Of a stretch of DNA of 64,000 bases, positions 48,114-60,141 are shown piece by piece. The translations under genes and the position numbers were made by a program. Numbering within the stretch: position 1 is the stretch's first letter; every line of letters starts with the position of its first letter. The DNA comes from Vitrella brassicaformis CCMP3155 (taxonomy: Eukaryota > Protista > Chromerida). The stretch spans positions 168,704-232,703 of the forward strand of contig CDMY01000964.1 in the NCBI GenBank assembly GCA_001179505.1. The letters are read 5' to 3'. The notes below the pieces were generated by a model. The model did no database searches and was not told the DNA's origin. It was given only the letters and a program-made list of their open reading frames with translations.

Positions 48114-51100
48114 CAGGCTCTCCCCTTTCACTGTTGCCCCCTCACCTAACCACCCCGCCCACCTTGTAGGTCCGATGAGTGTGGCGTGTTTCTGCTTCAT
48201 GGCGGTTTCCTCCAGGTTCTGGAGGTCCTGCCGATTGCCCACCGCCCAGAACGTGTCCACCAGCGCCCATGCAGCAGGCTTCAGCCGATACACAGACCGG
48301 CCCCCTCCCCCTGGACTCGCATCCACACCACTTGCAGCCGCCGCAGCACTGCTGGCTGCTGGTGCGGCATCTTGGTCGCTCTCCTCTTCGATCAGCGGTG
48401 GCTGTGCCTGGCTTGCAGCGGTCGGCTGCTGCGCGGCAGTGGACCGCTGCACGTCGGCAACCTCCTCGAGCAGCATCTCGAAATCGGGGTGGTGCCGGGC
48501 GGACCTGTGTGACGGACGGGCGGCACGGAGAGAAGAGAGCAGACACAATGAGGGATGGTGTGTGAGGGAGGGCGTGGGGCATCTGTACTTGGGGATTGCG
48601 ATTTCGACGTGCGAGTATGGGAGAGGATTAAGAGCGAGCCTCTGCACAATGTAGCGCTTGATGACGCTCCCGATGCGCTCGCGGAAGTCCGTTGGGCGGG
48701 TCTTGCGCGGACACGAACAGATCTGCATCCATCACACACCAGCACTTCAGAATGTGGTCCGTGTGTGTCTATGTCTGTGTCTGTGTGTGTGTTGGTGGCC
48801 CCACCCCCCAGTCCTTCCTGACCTCTATGTAGAAAGCCTCGTTGAGAAGTCTCATGACAAGGCTCCAGAAGAAGTTCATTCTGAAGGCGTCGCTCACGGC
48901 CTTGCTGTCGAACTCACCGCCCCTATCGTCGCCCCCGTCCGGGTCGCCAATGTCGTCAATGTCCACATCCAAATCATCCTGGCCCTCATCCCTCCCGCCG
49001 GACCCGGCTGACGCTGACGCTGACGCTGCTGCTGCTGCTGGTGGCGCTGTTGCGCCCTCATGTGATCGGATGCGCTTGACGGTGGGTGCCCCGCGCACCT
49101 TGACGCGATACTTGTGCTCCAGCAGCTTCTGCCACCACTGCCTGCATTGCAAACAAACAGATACATACATACAGCACACTCATGCACTGCAGGTACACGT
49201 GACGTGATGTCTACGATGGGGGGTCGGGGACGTCCGTGTCGCCCACCCACCTGATGGCCTGGAATCTCGCCCGCGTCTCGGACCTGGCACTGGAGAGCTG
49301 GACGACTAGATGGCGCTCGCGCGGGGGCTCGCCATCTACCCTTGTGGCCCCGTCTGCCGCGGCTGCAGGTAGCGGAGAGGCTGCCGGTGATGAGAGCGCC
49401 TCGGCCTTCCTCTGGGCTGCCTCGGCCAAACTCTGGTCGATCAACCACACACATATAGCAGAGGAGAGACGACAGATGGAATCGGCGTGGGTCTGACCCG
49501 TTGCCCGTTGCCAGTGAGTCCCTTATCTGCCCGATACCGCCCACCTTGCTCAGGAACGAGTGTTTGAATATGCTGAAGGGGCTGCCGAGGTGGATGCCGC
49601 CCTCCCGGCGAGAGGACGAGTCGCGCGCCAGCGCCTTGCGCTTCTTCTGCAGCTCACGGCTCCTCTTGCGCTGCGACGGGCCCTTCTTGTCCTCATCGCC
49701 ATCGCCGCCCCCCTGGTCGTGGTCGCCGTCCCCTTCGTCCCGCAGGTCGACCGACGATGGTGTGAGGTCGAAGCAGCACCCCCATAACATGCTCAAAGGG
49801 TCGAGCGCCCCGCTCCACTGCTGATGGAACTGCTGCCGGTAGGTCGGGGAGGCGCCGCCGTCAGCTGCTTCGCCATCCGCCATCTCCACATCGCCCTCGC
49901 CGCTCGGGAAGGGGGAGGGTCTGTCGAGTGTGGGTGGGGGAGTGGTTGGCGGGGGCAGCGGCGGGTGGCCGAGGAGCGTGACGGCGAACTGGGTGAGGTT
50001 GATGTCCAGCCTGTGGAGGCCGTCCTTCTCGAGGTACCTCCTTCTCTGGTCGCGCATGGTCTCCCCGTTGCGCACCCAGTAGCCCTCCTGGATCTCGGCC
50101 GCAAACCGCAACACGCCCACACAGTGACGGATGATACGCTGCATTGCAGCGAATCGAATCGACAGACACGGACAAACAACGTCCCAGATGGACGCACAAG
50201 GCACCACCCAGATTCCCCAGCGTCACTCACTCACTCACTCACTCACCGTGAGCACGTCAGGTGTGAAGAGGCACCTGAGGCCGTCTAGCTTGACCTCGCG
50301 CGTGACGGGGATGGGCGGCCCCTCTGAGGGCGGGAGTGCGTTGTGTGGAGTGGACAGGGGGCCGGTGAGTGTCCTGAGCACCTGGTGGTAGTCGAGGCTG
50401 CTCGCCAGGAACCGCAGCAACGGGATGTGGAAGGACGCCTTGTCGGACGTGTTGTACAATCTGCACACACAGGCAGTGTGTCTGTCTGTGTGTGGCATGG
50501 ATGGGTGTGTGGGTCGGTGTTGCTTTGCTTACGGTGGGAGTTTGAGGAGTGTGTCGACGAGGTCGCTGTAGAAGGCCAACGCGGAGACGTTCTCAACCAC
50601 TTCGGGACGCTTGCAGTGCTCAAACTGACAAAGAGCCACACACACAAATGGGGATCGACATGCCATGCACGTGTGTGTGTGTGTGTGTGTGTTGTGTCTG
50701 TGTGAGTTTAGGGCCGTACGAATGGCTGGAAGGTGCTGTTGATGAGTTGGACTTCGAGCGGGAAGCTGACCTCGTATCTGAGGTTCTCGTACGGGATGTG
50801 GTCATCCTTGTAGCGCTATCCGACCGATACACACACACATGCAGACGCACAGACGCATGGCATCCATCCATTATTGTGGTGTGATGCATATGGTTGATGT
50901 ATGTATGTATCTGCCTGCGTACGTCTTGGAGGTTCATGCGATTAAAGAGAGTCAGACAGTCGAAGAAGGCCTGCAAAGCAAAAGGTAGGTATCCAGGACA
51001 CACACCTATTACGTGAATGTGTGTGTGTGTTGCCGATGGCTTTTCTGTCTCACGTACCTGTCGTGTCTCATAATCCTCCAAGGCGTAGGCACACACGTCA

Positions 51101-53739
51101 CGATGGTTCAACAGATACCTGCACACAACGGAACACTCGTGGCCATCCGCCTGCCTCCCTCTCTCTGTTTGTGTGTGTGTCCTCACTTACTGTAGGTCTG
51201 TCATGAGCCGCATCGCTGTGCCCTGCCCGTGAGTACGCTCCGGCTGCACTGTCTGACGGATGAATGAATGAATGAATGAATGAGTGAAGGGACAGATAAT
51301 TAACATATATAGCCGGGGAGGGGAGGGAAGGCCAAATGCGCACCGCACACACCGCACCAGCCACTCACAGTTGATTTGGTGTCTGTCATTCGTTGATTGA
51401 TTGATTGACTCGCTCACCTCAGTGCGTTTGTCGATCTCGTAGTGGCTCCTCAGCGCCGTCAACACCGTCCTAATCGATGGATAGATGGGTACATGGACAG
51501 ATGGATGGATGAGCCATGAAGCAAACAATCAGTGAGTGTGCAGTGCAGTGCATGTCACTGCGTGAGGTGCCGCCAGCTCACTCACTTGACGAAGCCGTCA
51601 TGCACCAGCATTATCGCCTGCAGGCATCCGTCAAGGAGATGGACATGACACGGGTCGCCCTTCGACATGCCATGCTAGACCGTGTGTATGTGTATGTGTA
51701 TTGTGTGTGTGTGTGACCAGTTCTGCGACGGTGAACATCTGGACGCTCAGCCCGTGTAGCGATGAGTCAAGGGCGTTGCTCTCTGACGGATGGACGGACG
51801 ACACACACAGACAGACATGCCCACCTCAAGGAATGGTCGGTGGGGCGGTGGATCGCCGTACCGACGAGCTTCCTGTAGTTGTGGGCGAAGATCTTGCAGA
51901 AACGCCTGATGAACAAACCCATGCATTGATTGCATCGATGGATGGATGGCCGACGTCTGTGTGTGGATTTGTGCGCAGGAGAGAGTAATGTGTACCTCTT
52001 GAAGTTCGGTGAGATCATGAGAGCCAAGTAGAAGTTGTGCATCATCTGACGCAGACACACAGACACACCCATCAGAACCACACGATTGCCACCATCCATC
52101 CATCGATCCATCTGCACGGCAGGCCACCAGGCCCATTGCATTCATCCTGTCTTCTCGCGCACCGCACCCTCTGCTCGTGAGAAGTCAGCGTGTCATGTCT
52201 GACGCACACAGACAGCACCATCGAGCACAAAAGCCTTCCTTCTGTGTCGTCCCTCTTTCTGTCCACTCCGCTCACTTGTGTATCCATCTCTGCAGGCGCT
52301 CGTCAGTGAGGGTGCAGCAGATCTGATAACGGAAACCGAAACCTGAAGACACGCACTCACAGACGCATGGATGGATGGATGGCAGCGTAGCTGTTCTGTG
52401 TGAGTGTGTTGCAAGTAGGTAGGTAGCTTACAGACGCCCGAGATGGACTGCAGCCACTCGATGATCTTGCTGAACGCCACCCTCCTCTTGCTGTCCTCCT
52501 TGTCGCCCAGAAATACTAATGCACACACACGCACATATGGACAGGGAGAGAGAGAGGCGGTGTGGGTCCTTCCCTTCCTGCTCACTTGAGTCTGCGTAAG
52601 CCACCAGGTCAGCGATTCTCGACCGAGAAACCTTCCTAATCTGCACACATCCATCCATCCATCCATTCATCCAGCCAGCCAGCCAGCCAGCCATCCAGCC
52701 ATCCAGAGAATCAATCAACGATGACAGCTCGTCTGACTCCCATCCACCATTTCTCCGCTCACTCACCTTCGTGGGCACCATTTCCAGTGACCCAGGCCCT
52801 GCACCAGCAAAGCCCCACACTCATGCAGCTTCTTGTCCCCTGCCTGTGTCTGTCGTGTCGGCCCGTGCCCCATCCCTACCTACCGTCCATCTCAGGCGTG
52901 ATGCCCTGATGGAAGCGGCAGAAACCACGCGGGTTCCACGACTGACATACAGAGAGAGAGACAGACAGACAGGTGATGTACTCATTAGTGCACTGGTTGA
53001 CAGCCAATGCATTTGTTATCGTGGCTTACGCTTGCATCGCCGCAATCACAGCAGCCGCCATGGGTCATGCTCTGCATACACACACACACGTGGAGTTCGT
53101 CCGTGTGTGCTTGCGAGTCCAGCTGAGCTGCAGGCGGTGCGTACAATTCGCCAATTGTGTCCCTCGTGGTTGCCGTTGAAGAAACCTATCGACGGGCAGG
53201 CAATCACGACAGTTGCGTGAATCAATCAATCAATCGGCGAGTGCCGTGATAATATATCCAGCCTACATGGTGCGCAGATAGCACACGTCGGGTCCGCCTG
53301 GCAGTCATAACCTGCCGATGAACACACACACACACAGCCAACACACGGATACATTCTGTGTGTGTGTGTGTGTGTGATCTGGTCTGATGACACACATTTG
53401 AAGCAAATCTCGTTTTTGCCCCATACGGCCCCGCAGATGCCCGAGTTGCCCTGCGCTGCCTTGAGAGTCCGCTCCACTGCCTTAATCCTCTCCAACGTCT
53501 GCTCGCCGTACAACTCCTGCACACAAAACAACACGTCAGCCCATGAGTCTTAGATCACCGTGTTTGTGGCAGCCATGACTGTCACTCGCCTGCGTGAGTC
53601 CCCTGATGGCCTCGTCAGCCGTACAGACGTCCCCGTTGAAGAGCAGCTGGACGCTGAGGCCTCCCTCCTCGCCGCCCACCTCGTCCTCGCCGTCCACCCT
53701 GCCATCTGCCGCAGAACTTGCTGAGCCACACGAATTCAT
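42924..53739 (-). CDS. UBR1: UBR1/PRT6-type N-end-rule E3 ubiquitin ligase (UBR box, RING-H2, C-terminal Cys-rich domain)
   Basis: UBR box GICGAVWGKNEICFKC..CQADPTCAICAPC..GGCCDCGD; RING ICCLCRE..ITTCGHVGHLSC..GEFPCPMCRALSNIRLP; C-terminal PALCLLCG..HARTCGNGQGVFF..PYVDRHGETD..RGRP..IPTAL*. Confidence 0.92.
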
Positions 53740-53906
53740 CGAACGCCACCTGCGATCTCCAGCTCCACCCCGCAAAGGCCTTCACACGCCATCCTTCCGA
53801 CGAAACCTGCGAGCTTGGGAGAGGGATCGCGAGCTTTCTTTCCGATCAGAGCAACACAAGTACCCATCGCAAACCCTGTAGACACTGCACGAGCGACCAG
53901 GTTACG
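53740..53906. promoter_or_regulatory. Short bidirectional promoter (UBR1 / SUMO-like-RING) with two GCGAGCTT copies
   Basis: 167 bp between divergent ATGs; GCGAGCTT (reverse complement of AAGCTCGC) at 53809-53816 and 53829-53836. Confidence 0.5.
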
Positions 53907-56900
53907 ATGGCGGGTGGCGACGACGGCCAAGCAGAGGAACAGGACCACCTGACCTTGAAGGTGAGGCATCCAGACGTGGACAGAAGGAAGGCCAGGCGTT
54001 CACGGTGTGCAGGTGAAGAGTGTGGATGGCGGACGGGACGACTCCTTTTACAAAATCAGGTATGTTATATAAGAGATCTCTCTCATCGGGGGAGGGCAGA
54101 GCCGCGAGATCTCCCGCGTGTGTCGAATCTCTTTATCCCAGGAGAACGGCTCCCCTTGCGAGGCTCATGGGTGCGTACGAAAAGCAACACGGACTGAACC
54201 CGGCCTCCATCAGGTGTGTATGCTGAAACAAACAGCCCTTCAGTACCCTTCAGCCAGCCGCAATTGAATTGCGGATCGTGTGTGTTTGCGTGATGCTTGC
54301 CAGGTACCTGTTTGACGGCGAGCACATCCGCTCGGACAGCACCCCCGCTGACATGGGGATGGAGCATGGAGACGTCATTGACGCTTTCGACGCCGTGCCA
54401 TGGCCCGCCCGGGGTGGGGTGGGTGCACACACAAACACACGGACCAATAGTGATTGATTGGTGGGCCGGGTGGGTTACAGGCGAAGGGGAGGCACCAGCG
54501 GCACCAGGAAACAAAAAGAGGAACAACAAGAGGGCCAAGGTGAGCGGGCAGCAGCCGTCATCACATCACGCGCCTGCTCATGCACATTCTGTGTGTAGAA
54601 ACTGTTCCAGCAGGAGGGCGGCGGCGAGGGGGAGGGGGAGATGGAGGCGATTGTCAAGGACAGCAGAGTGGAGCAGGTCGAGCCAGCGCAGGCAGCAGCT
54701 GCGTTCAAGGCCGCCACAGAGAAGGTCAGTCTCTCACCCTCCTTCTTTTCATCCATTCATCCATCCATGCTTCTGTCTGCCCATGCGTCCATGGTTCATC
54801 GCTGTGTTCCTGCAGATGCGTATTCAGTACGTGTTGAGTCACATAGTGGAGCCTCCTCTGACAGAGAGCAACGAGGACCTGGCTGGGGAGGGCCGCATAC
54901 CACGCGAGATGCTTGAGGACTTCTTCTCAAAAATTTTGGAGGCCATCGTCTGCACGGTATGCATGTCATCGATACTGCGGAGGATGGATCGATAGAGATA
55001 TAGTGTGTTGTGTGTGTTATGTGGTGTGTGAGCAGGACGAGTACGCAGCCAAGGTGATGGAGTGCGTCTCGTATGAGGTGCCGCCACTGGACAGCGGCCG
55101 CCCGCCCATCTGGAAGGCGGAGGTGCCATGCGGCAGACAGCTGGTCGGCAAACAGCTTCAGCCCACACTCACGTCCAAATCGGTAGGTTGACATGCCTAC
55201 ACCGACCCACCCATCCACCCCCCTCTGCATCCGACCCGGGGCAATGTCGTCTGTCTGTTGTCTGCGTCATTCGTAAAGATCCATGTGGAGGTAGAGCGGT
55301 GTCCCTTTGTAGCGCATGGGGAAGTGCCAGTGTACGACAAAGGGGCGGTCAAGCGGGCGCTGGCCGCACTTCTGATGGAGCAACACGATGCCGTCGGTTC
55401 GTGAGCAACACACACGCCGTGCCCTCTGATGGACTGACTGAGCTAAATGCGTTGTGCTTTGCATCCTTATGGGTACAGTTGAGGCTAGTGACAGCCTGCC
55501 GGCTTGTGCCGAGGTGAGCACCCGTGCCGACCAATGGTATCCAAGAGCTCTCGGTGTCGCGTCGATACGTGTGATCTTCGTCAGGCCCAGCCTTCCGAGC
55601 CCAGCACACACGACGATGGCACTGGCGAGTGAGTGCTGTATGCTGTCCCTCAACCTCCTCTTTTGATGTGTGTGTGGTGTGGCCGGCCAGGGAGGCTCGG
55701 AGGCTGCGTGAGGTCAACAAGCAGGTGATGCAGAAACTGCAGCGCGCGTGTGAGGAGAACAAGGTGCTCAAGGATCAGTTGGCCTTTTCAGAGAAACTGT
55801 TCCGGTAAGCAGTGTGTGGGGATGATACACATACATAGTGCGGCCGGCCCATTCACCCATGGATGGTCCGTGTGTAACTGTCTGTTGGAGGTCAGGGATG
55901 ATCAAGACGAGACAGACAGGCTGGCGTAATTACACTGCACCATTCATTCTGTCACATTGATCTACGTCTTGCTCTCATGCTGTCAGAAGGGAGCTCACCA
56001 AGCGGTCTAACGAAATCACCAAGCACAAGAACGAAATCGCCAAGCAGGAGGACAGGTAACGGGTGGATGCACACACAAGACAGACAGACAGACAGACAGG
56101 CAGCTGGCTGTATTCACGGGCGGGCGTGTGTGTATGGTTGCAGGCTGAAGCAGAGTGAGAAGGCCCGCAAGCAGCTCGAGGCGGCCAACCGCGACAAGGA
56201 CAAAGACATCAAAAGGTAGGGCCTCGAGTGGATGCACGGCGCCCATTGCCTCAACCCCGTTCCCCTTTGGTATGTATGCCGTCTGTCCTGCCCTGTCCTG
56301 TCAGCAAGGAAGAGCACCATCGCCGGCAGCTACACGAAGAGCGCCAACGTAGCGAAACGTATGTCAACAGCCAGGCAGGCAGGCAGGCAGGCAGCATGAG
56401 CATGACGGGCGCTGTTCTTCTTGTTTGGGCCTGCATGGAGATAGCCAAGTCCGAATGGCAGCACCACAAGCCCACAGGCAGGCCGATCGTTGTCTTGTGC
56501 ATGTCAGGTTGCGAGACTCTATGGGGCCACTCGAGGCGGAGCTGATTAGCCTGCGAGAGAGTGATAGCGGCCACGTCAAGGAGAAGACATCACTCCAAGA
56601 GACTATCGCCAAGTGCGTATGGGTGTCGGCAATAGCCTCAGGCTCACTCCTGGCTCATGCATGTTGGTGTCAGGCTGGAGGCGAGCAAGCAGTCGCTCGA
56701 GACGAAACTCACACACCTCCGCAGCCACCAGATAGACAAGTGAGCACCTACCTAGGTACATGGCCATCCATCAATTCATCTTAGCGCACACCTTTTCTCC
56801 CTTTGCTATTTCCATCAGTTTGAGGGCGTTGCTGACGTCGTCTGAGACCGAGCAGGAGCTCTCCCACGTCGTCAAGACCCTCAAGGACAAGCAGGCGGCC

Positions 56901-57367
56901 ATGATCGACGACGAGCTGCCGCAGGTACACCGCCTCATCAGGGAGGCCGAGAGCCGACTGGAGGCCGCACACAAGAGGGCCATGGAGCAGCGTGAGGCCG
57001 ACCGCCAGGCTGCCGTAGAGCTACAGCTGCAGCAGGCGGCACGTGAGGCGCGGGAGACCATCCAGAAGGCCAGGGAGGAGGGGCGGGAGGACGTCCTTAA
57101 CTGCGCCATCTGCAACGATGAGGAGAAACGCATCATGATTAGACCATGCGTAAGCACACAGTACTTACCACATCATGCCCGCACATAAGACGACACGCAT
57201 ACCTGCCGTCGATCCCTTTCCTCTGTGTGTGTGTGGCGTGGCATCAGGGCCATCTGTGTATGTGCAGAGGGTGCTACAACGACCTTATGGGAAAGCCTCT
57301 AGCAGACCGCCTCTGCCCCGTGTGTAGACAGAACGTCGGGGGCCACGTCAATGTGTTTTTGCAGTGA
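53907..57367 (+). CDS. SUMO-like domain + long coiled coil + C-terminal C3HC4 RING protein (putative E3)
   Basis: Exons HLTLK|VKSVDGGRDDSFYKIR|RTAPLARLMGAYEKQHGLNPASIR|YLFDGEHIRSDSTPADMGMEHGDVIDAF (SUMO/Rad60-SLD pattern); heptad-rich exons 55.7-57.1 kb; CAICNDEEKRIMIRPC|GHLCMCRGC..CPVCRQNVGGHVNVFLQ*. Some central junctions were inferred. Confidence 0.75.
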
Positions 57368-58084
57368 GGCAGGCGGGCCATCTAGTACAGTGCCATCGAC
57401 TGAGGGGAGGGGTGATGTGCGTCTTGATAGTGAGGGCATGAAGGAGGGATGATGGCTGCCTGGCTGGCCCTCGACGTAAGTAAGTGGCTTCGTGTATATA
57501 TATGTGTGTGGACCGGACCTTTTGTTGATCGTGGCGTGGTGTGTTTCTCTCTTGTGCGTGCGTGGATGCCAGCCTGCTGTGTACATAACATACACACGCT
57601 GAATGCGGGGGGGATGGGCGGTGCGGTGCATCGATGCATAGATCAGTGCATGAAAGAGGCGGTGGCTCTTATTTGGTGACTGACTTTATTTACGATGCAT
57701 ATCGATCTGCGTGTGTGTATGCCTTGCTCCTGTCTGTGAGAACATTCCTTCATTGGCAGCCCAGCCAACAGGGAGGGGACGGAGGAAAATTGACGGTCTT
57801 AAGAATATCCATCCATGTATTCCTCTCAACACGGATGTTGGTCTCGCGTGGATACATAAATGGGGACACTCATCAAATCGTTCAACCACCCAGCGCACCT
57901 CACGTTCATCCACGACAAGTGTGTGGATGGGATGGATCGGATGGGGGGATGCATGGGCAGACAGATGGCGAGGACGCACTCGCGCAGGCACATCGTCCAA
58001 CATCCGCCCGAAAAATCGGCACTCAGCCACACACGATAAAGCACACAAATACAGACAGCTCTCTGGCTCATGTATATTTCCTCT

Positions 58085-59436
58085 CTACAAGGCCTTCAGG
58101 TGCCCGACAAAAGTGTCCCCATACGTCTTGACGAAGGCCCACCAGCCGCCATGCACCACCACCTCGGCCATCTCCCCCGCCTCCCTCGGCGGCAGCAAAC
58201 TCATCGTGTGCGCGTTGCGGGGCAGCGGGCGGGCATCCGCACCGCCCGCCACACTCACACTCTCCCATCGCCATGGGTCCGTGTCGGTCCGGAGAAGAAA
58301 AGCCTCATCCAGAGGCTGCAGACCCTCCATCTCGCCTTCCTGACCGGGTCTCTCAGCGCCGCCCCACATGAGCACCCCGTTGTCGACCTTGACCATGGCC
58401 GTGGAGCAGCAGGGCCCTGGCCCCTGGCCCTCTATCTTACTGGTCATGTCGGTCCACTTGTTGTCCTGCAGGTCGATGGTCCACACGTCGTTGAGGAAGC
58501 CGCCTCGCTGCGGGGCGCCGCCGAATATCAGCAGGGTGCGGTCGTCCAAAGCAACCATGCTGTGCAGACCGCGGCTCGCCGGCGGAGAGGCACCACTCGG
58601 GGAAGAGATCTGTGCGCGAGCAAGATGGAGAGATGGTGTTCAAGAGGATCCGTGTGTGAGTGTGGCCGAATCATGTACCGGCAGCTTTTCGACGGTCTCG
58701 TTCTGTGTGTCGATGACCAGGATGTCGTCAAGAGACCTGACAAGAGATGGCGCATGGTGTAGTGTGCATACCATTGCTGCGGCGCGTGTGTGTTGGTAGG
58801 TACCTGTGTGTGTGTAGGTAGATTTTCTTGCCGATGACGGCGGCCTGAAAGCGCGATATCGGCTGCAGCTGCTCCTGCAAGCCGGGGTGAGACGACCACC
58901 TGACGAAGAGCAAAAGAAAGACAAAGCGTAGGACAGGTGCATGAGTGCGTGTCAGCTCACTCACTTGTATGTGTTGAGATCGAGCGTCCAGACGTCATTC
59001 AAGATGGTGCTGGGACCTGCAACACACACAGGGCGATGCAATGCACGCAGCACTTGCGGTCTCGCCTTCCTTTCTTGTGCAGCCCGACCCTCTGCGCCTG
59101 ACGGGTTCCAGCCGCCGATGAGCCACATCTTGTCATCCACTACAACTGACACATACCATACACACACAGAGAAACCATCCATCTGCCCATCAGTGCAGTG
59201 CATCCACCGCACCGCATCTCCCCCCAACCACTCACTCACCGGTCTGCGCCACGAGTCGCGGCTGCGGCACGTCCCCCTCATAGGCTATCTGCTTCCACTC
59301 GTCCTTGTCGACAGAGTAGAGCCAGCCCTCGTTGGTCACTTCACGCTTCGGCACCTGGCCCATGGGCCCGCGGTCCTCCATTAGCGACTCATCCTCCGTG
59401 TACCCGCCAAACACCAACACGTCATACTCGTGACCT

Positions 59437-59474
<38 letters not shown>

Positions 59475-59881
59475 ACACAGACACAAGGAGAGAGGCTCAT
59501 CGATGCCGTGTCATGATGCATTATCTGTGTGTACCTTTGGGCAGAGTGACGGCGCAGTGTCCCGATCTGGGCAGGGTGGGGCTGCTGGTGATGCCTTTCG
59601 CCTCCCACGTCAGCTCCACAGTCGGGGCTGCCATCGTGCATGGGCGAGAATGACGTGCGTGGCGACGACGCGATGAGAGGAAGGATGAAGTCGCACGAGG
59701 GGAGGAGAGGAAAGACGGCGGCTGAACACACACAGGCACAGAGCACAACCATGCATGTAGAATGCCTGACAGACTGTGGAGATGATTCAGGGTGTGAAAA
59801 GCTTACGTGTTGTCGGTGTGTGGCGCTGACGGCCTTTGCTGCGGGGATGCTGAGGACGAAGATGAGATTTGCGAAGATCAT
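58085..59881 (-). CDS. Kelch-repeat beta-propeller protein with putative bipartite (signal + transit) N-terminal leader
   Basis: PRSGHCAV, VLVFGGY, MWLIGGW, ILNDVWTLDL, LLIFGGA..FLNDVWTIDL, PRNAHTMS, VVHGGW. The leader exon at 59881-59807 splices in phase 0 to PPSFLSSPRATSSFLSSRRRHARHSRPCTMAAP. Confidence 0.88.
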
Positions 59882-60141
59882 TGCGGCTTGTCCTCGACCA
59901 ATTGAGCTCGCAATCGTCCAGGAAGTTGTTTGGCAATGGAGTGAGCAGCCTGACAGCAGGGAAGGAGTCGCCTTTGCTGTGAGCAGCAAGATCTTGCACC
60001 CATCCACCCCCCTCTTCCATCCACATCAGTCGTGAGCAACAAAGAGGCAGAACAGGCTTCGGGCAGCGTCACAGTTCCCTGTTATGGTGCGTGTATGTGT
60101 GTGCACATCGTCAGTCAGTCAGGCAAGAGAGAGAGTCCAGG

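Noticed and set aside
53907-54457. Calling this the canonical SUMO gene
   Set aside because: It lacks the QTGG terminus at the canonical spacing and has good splice signals into downstream exons.
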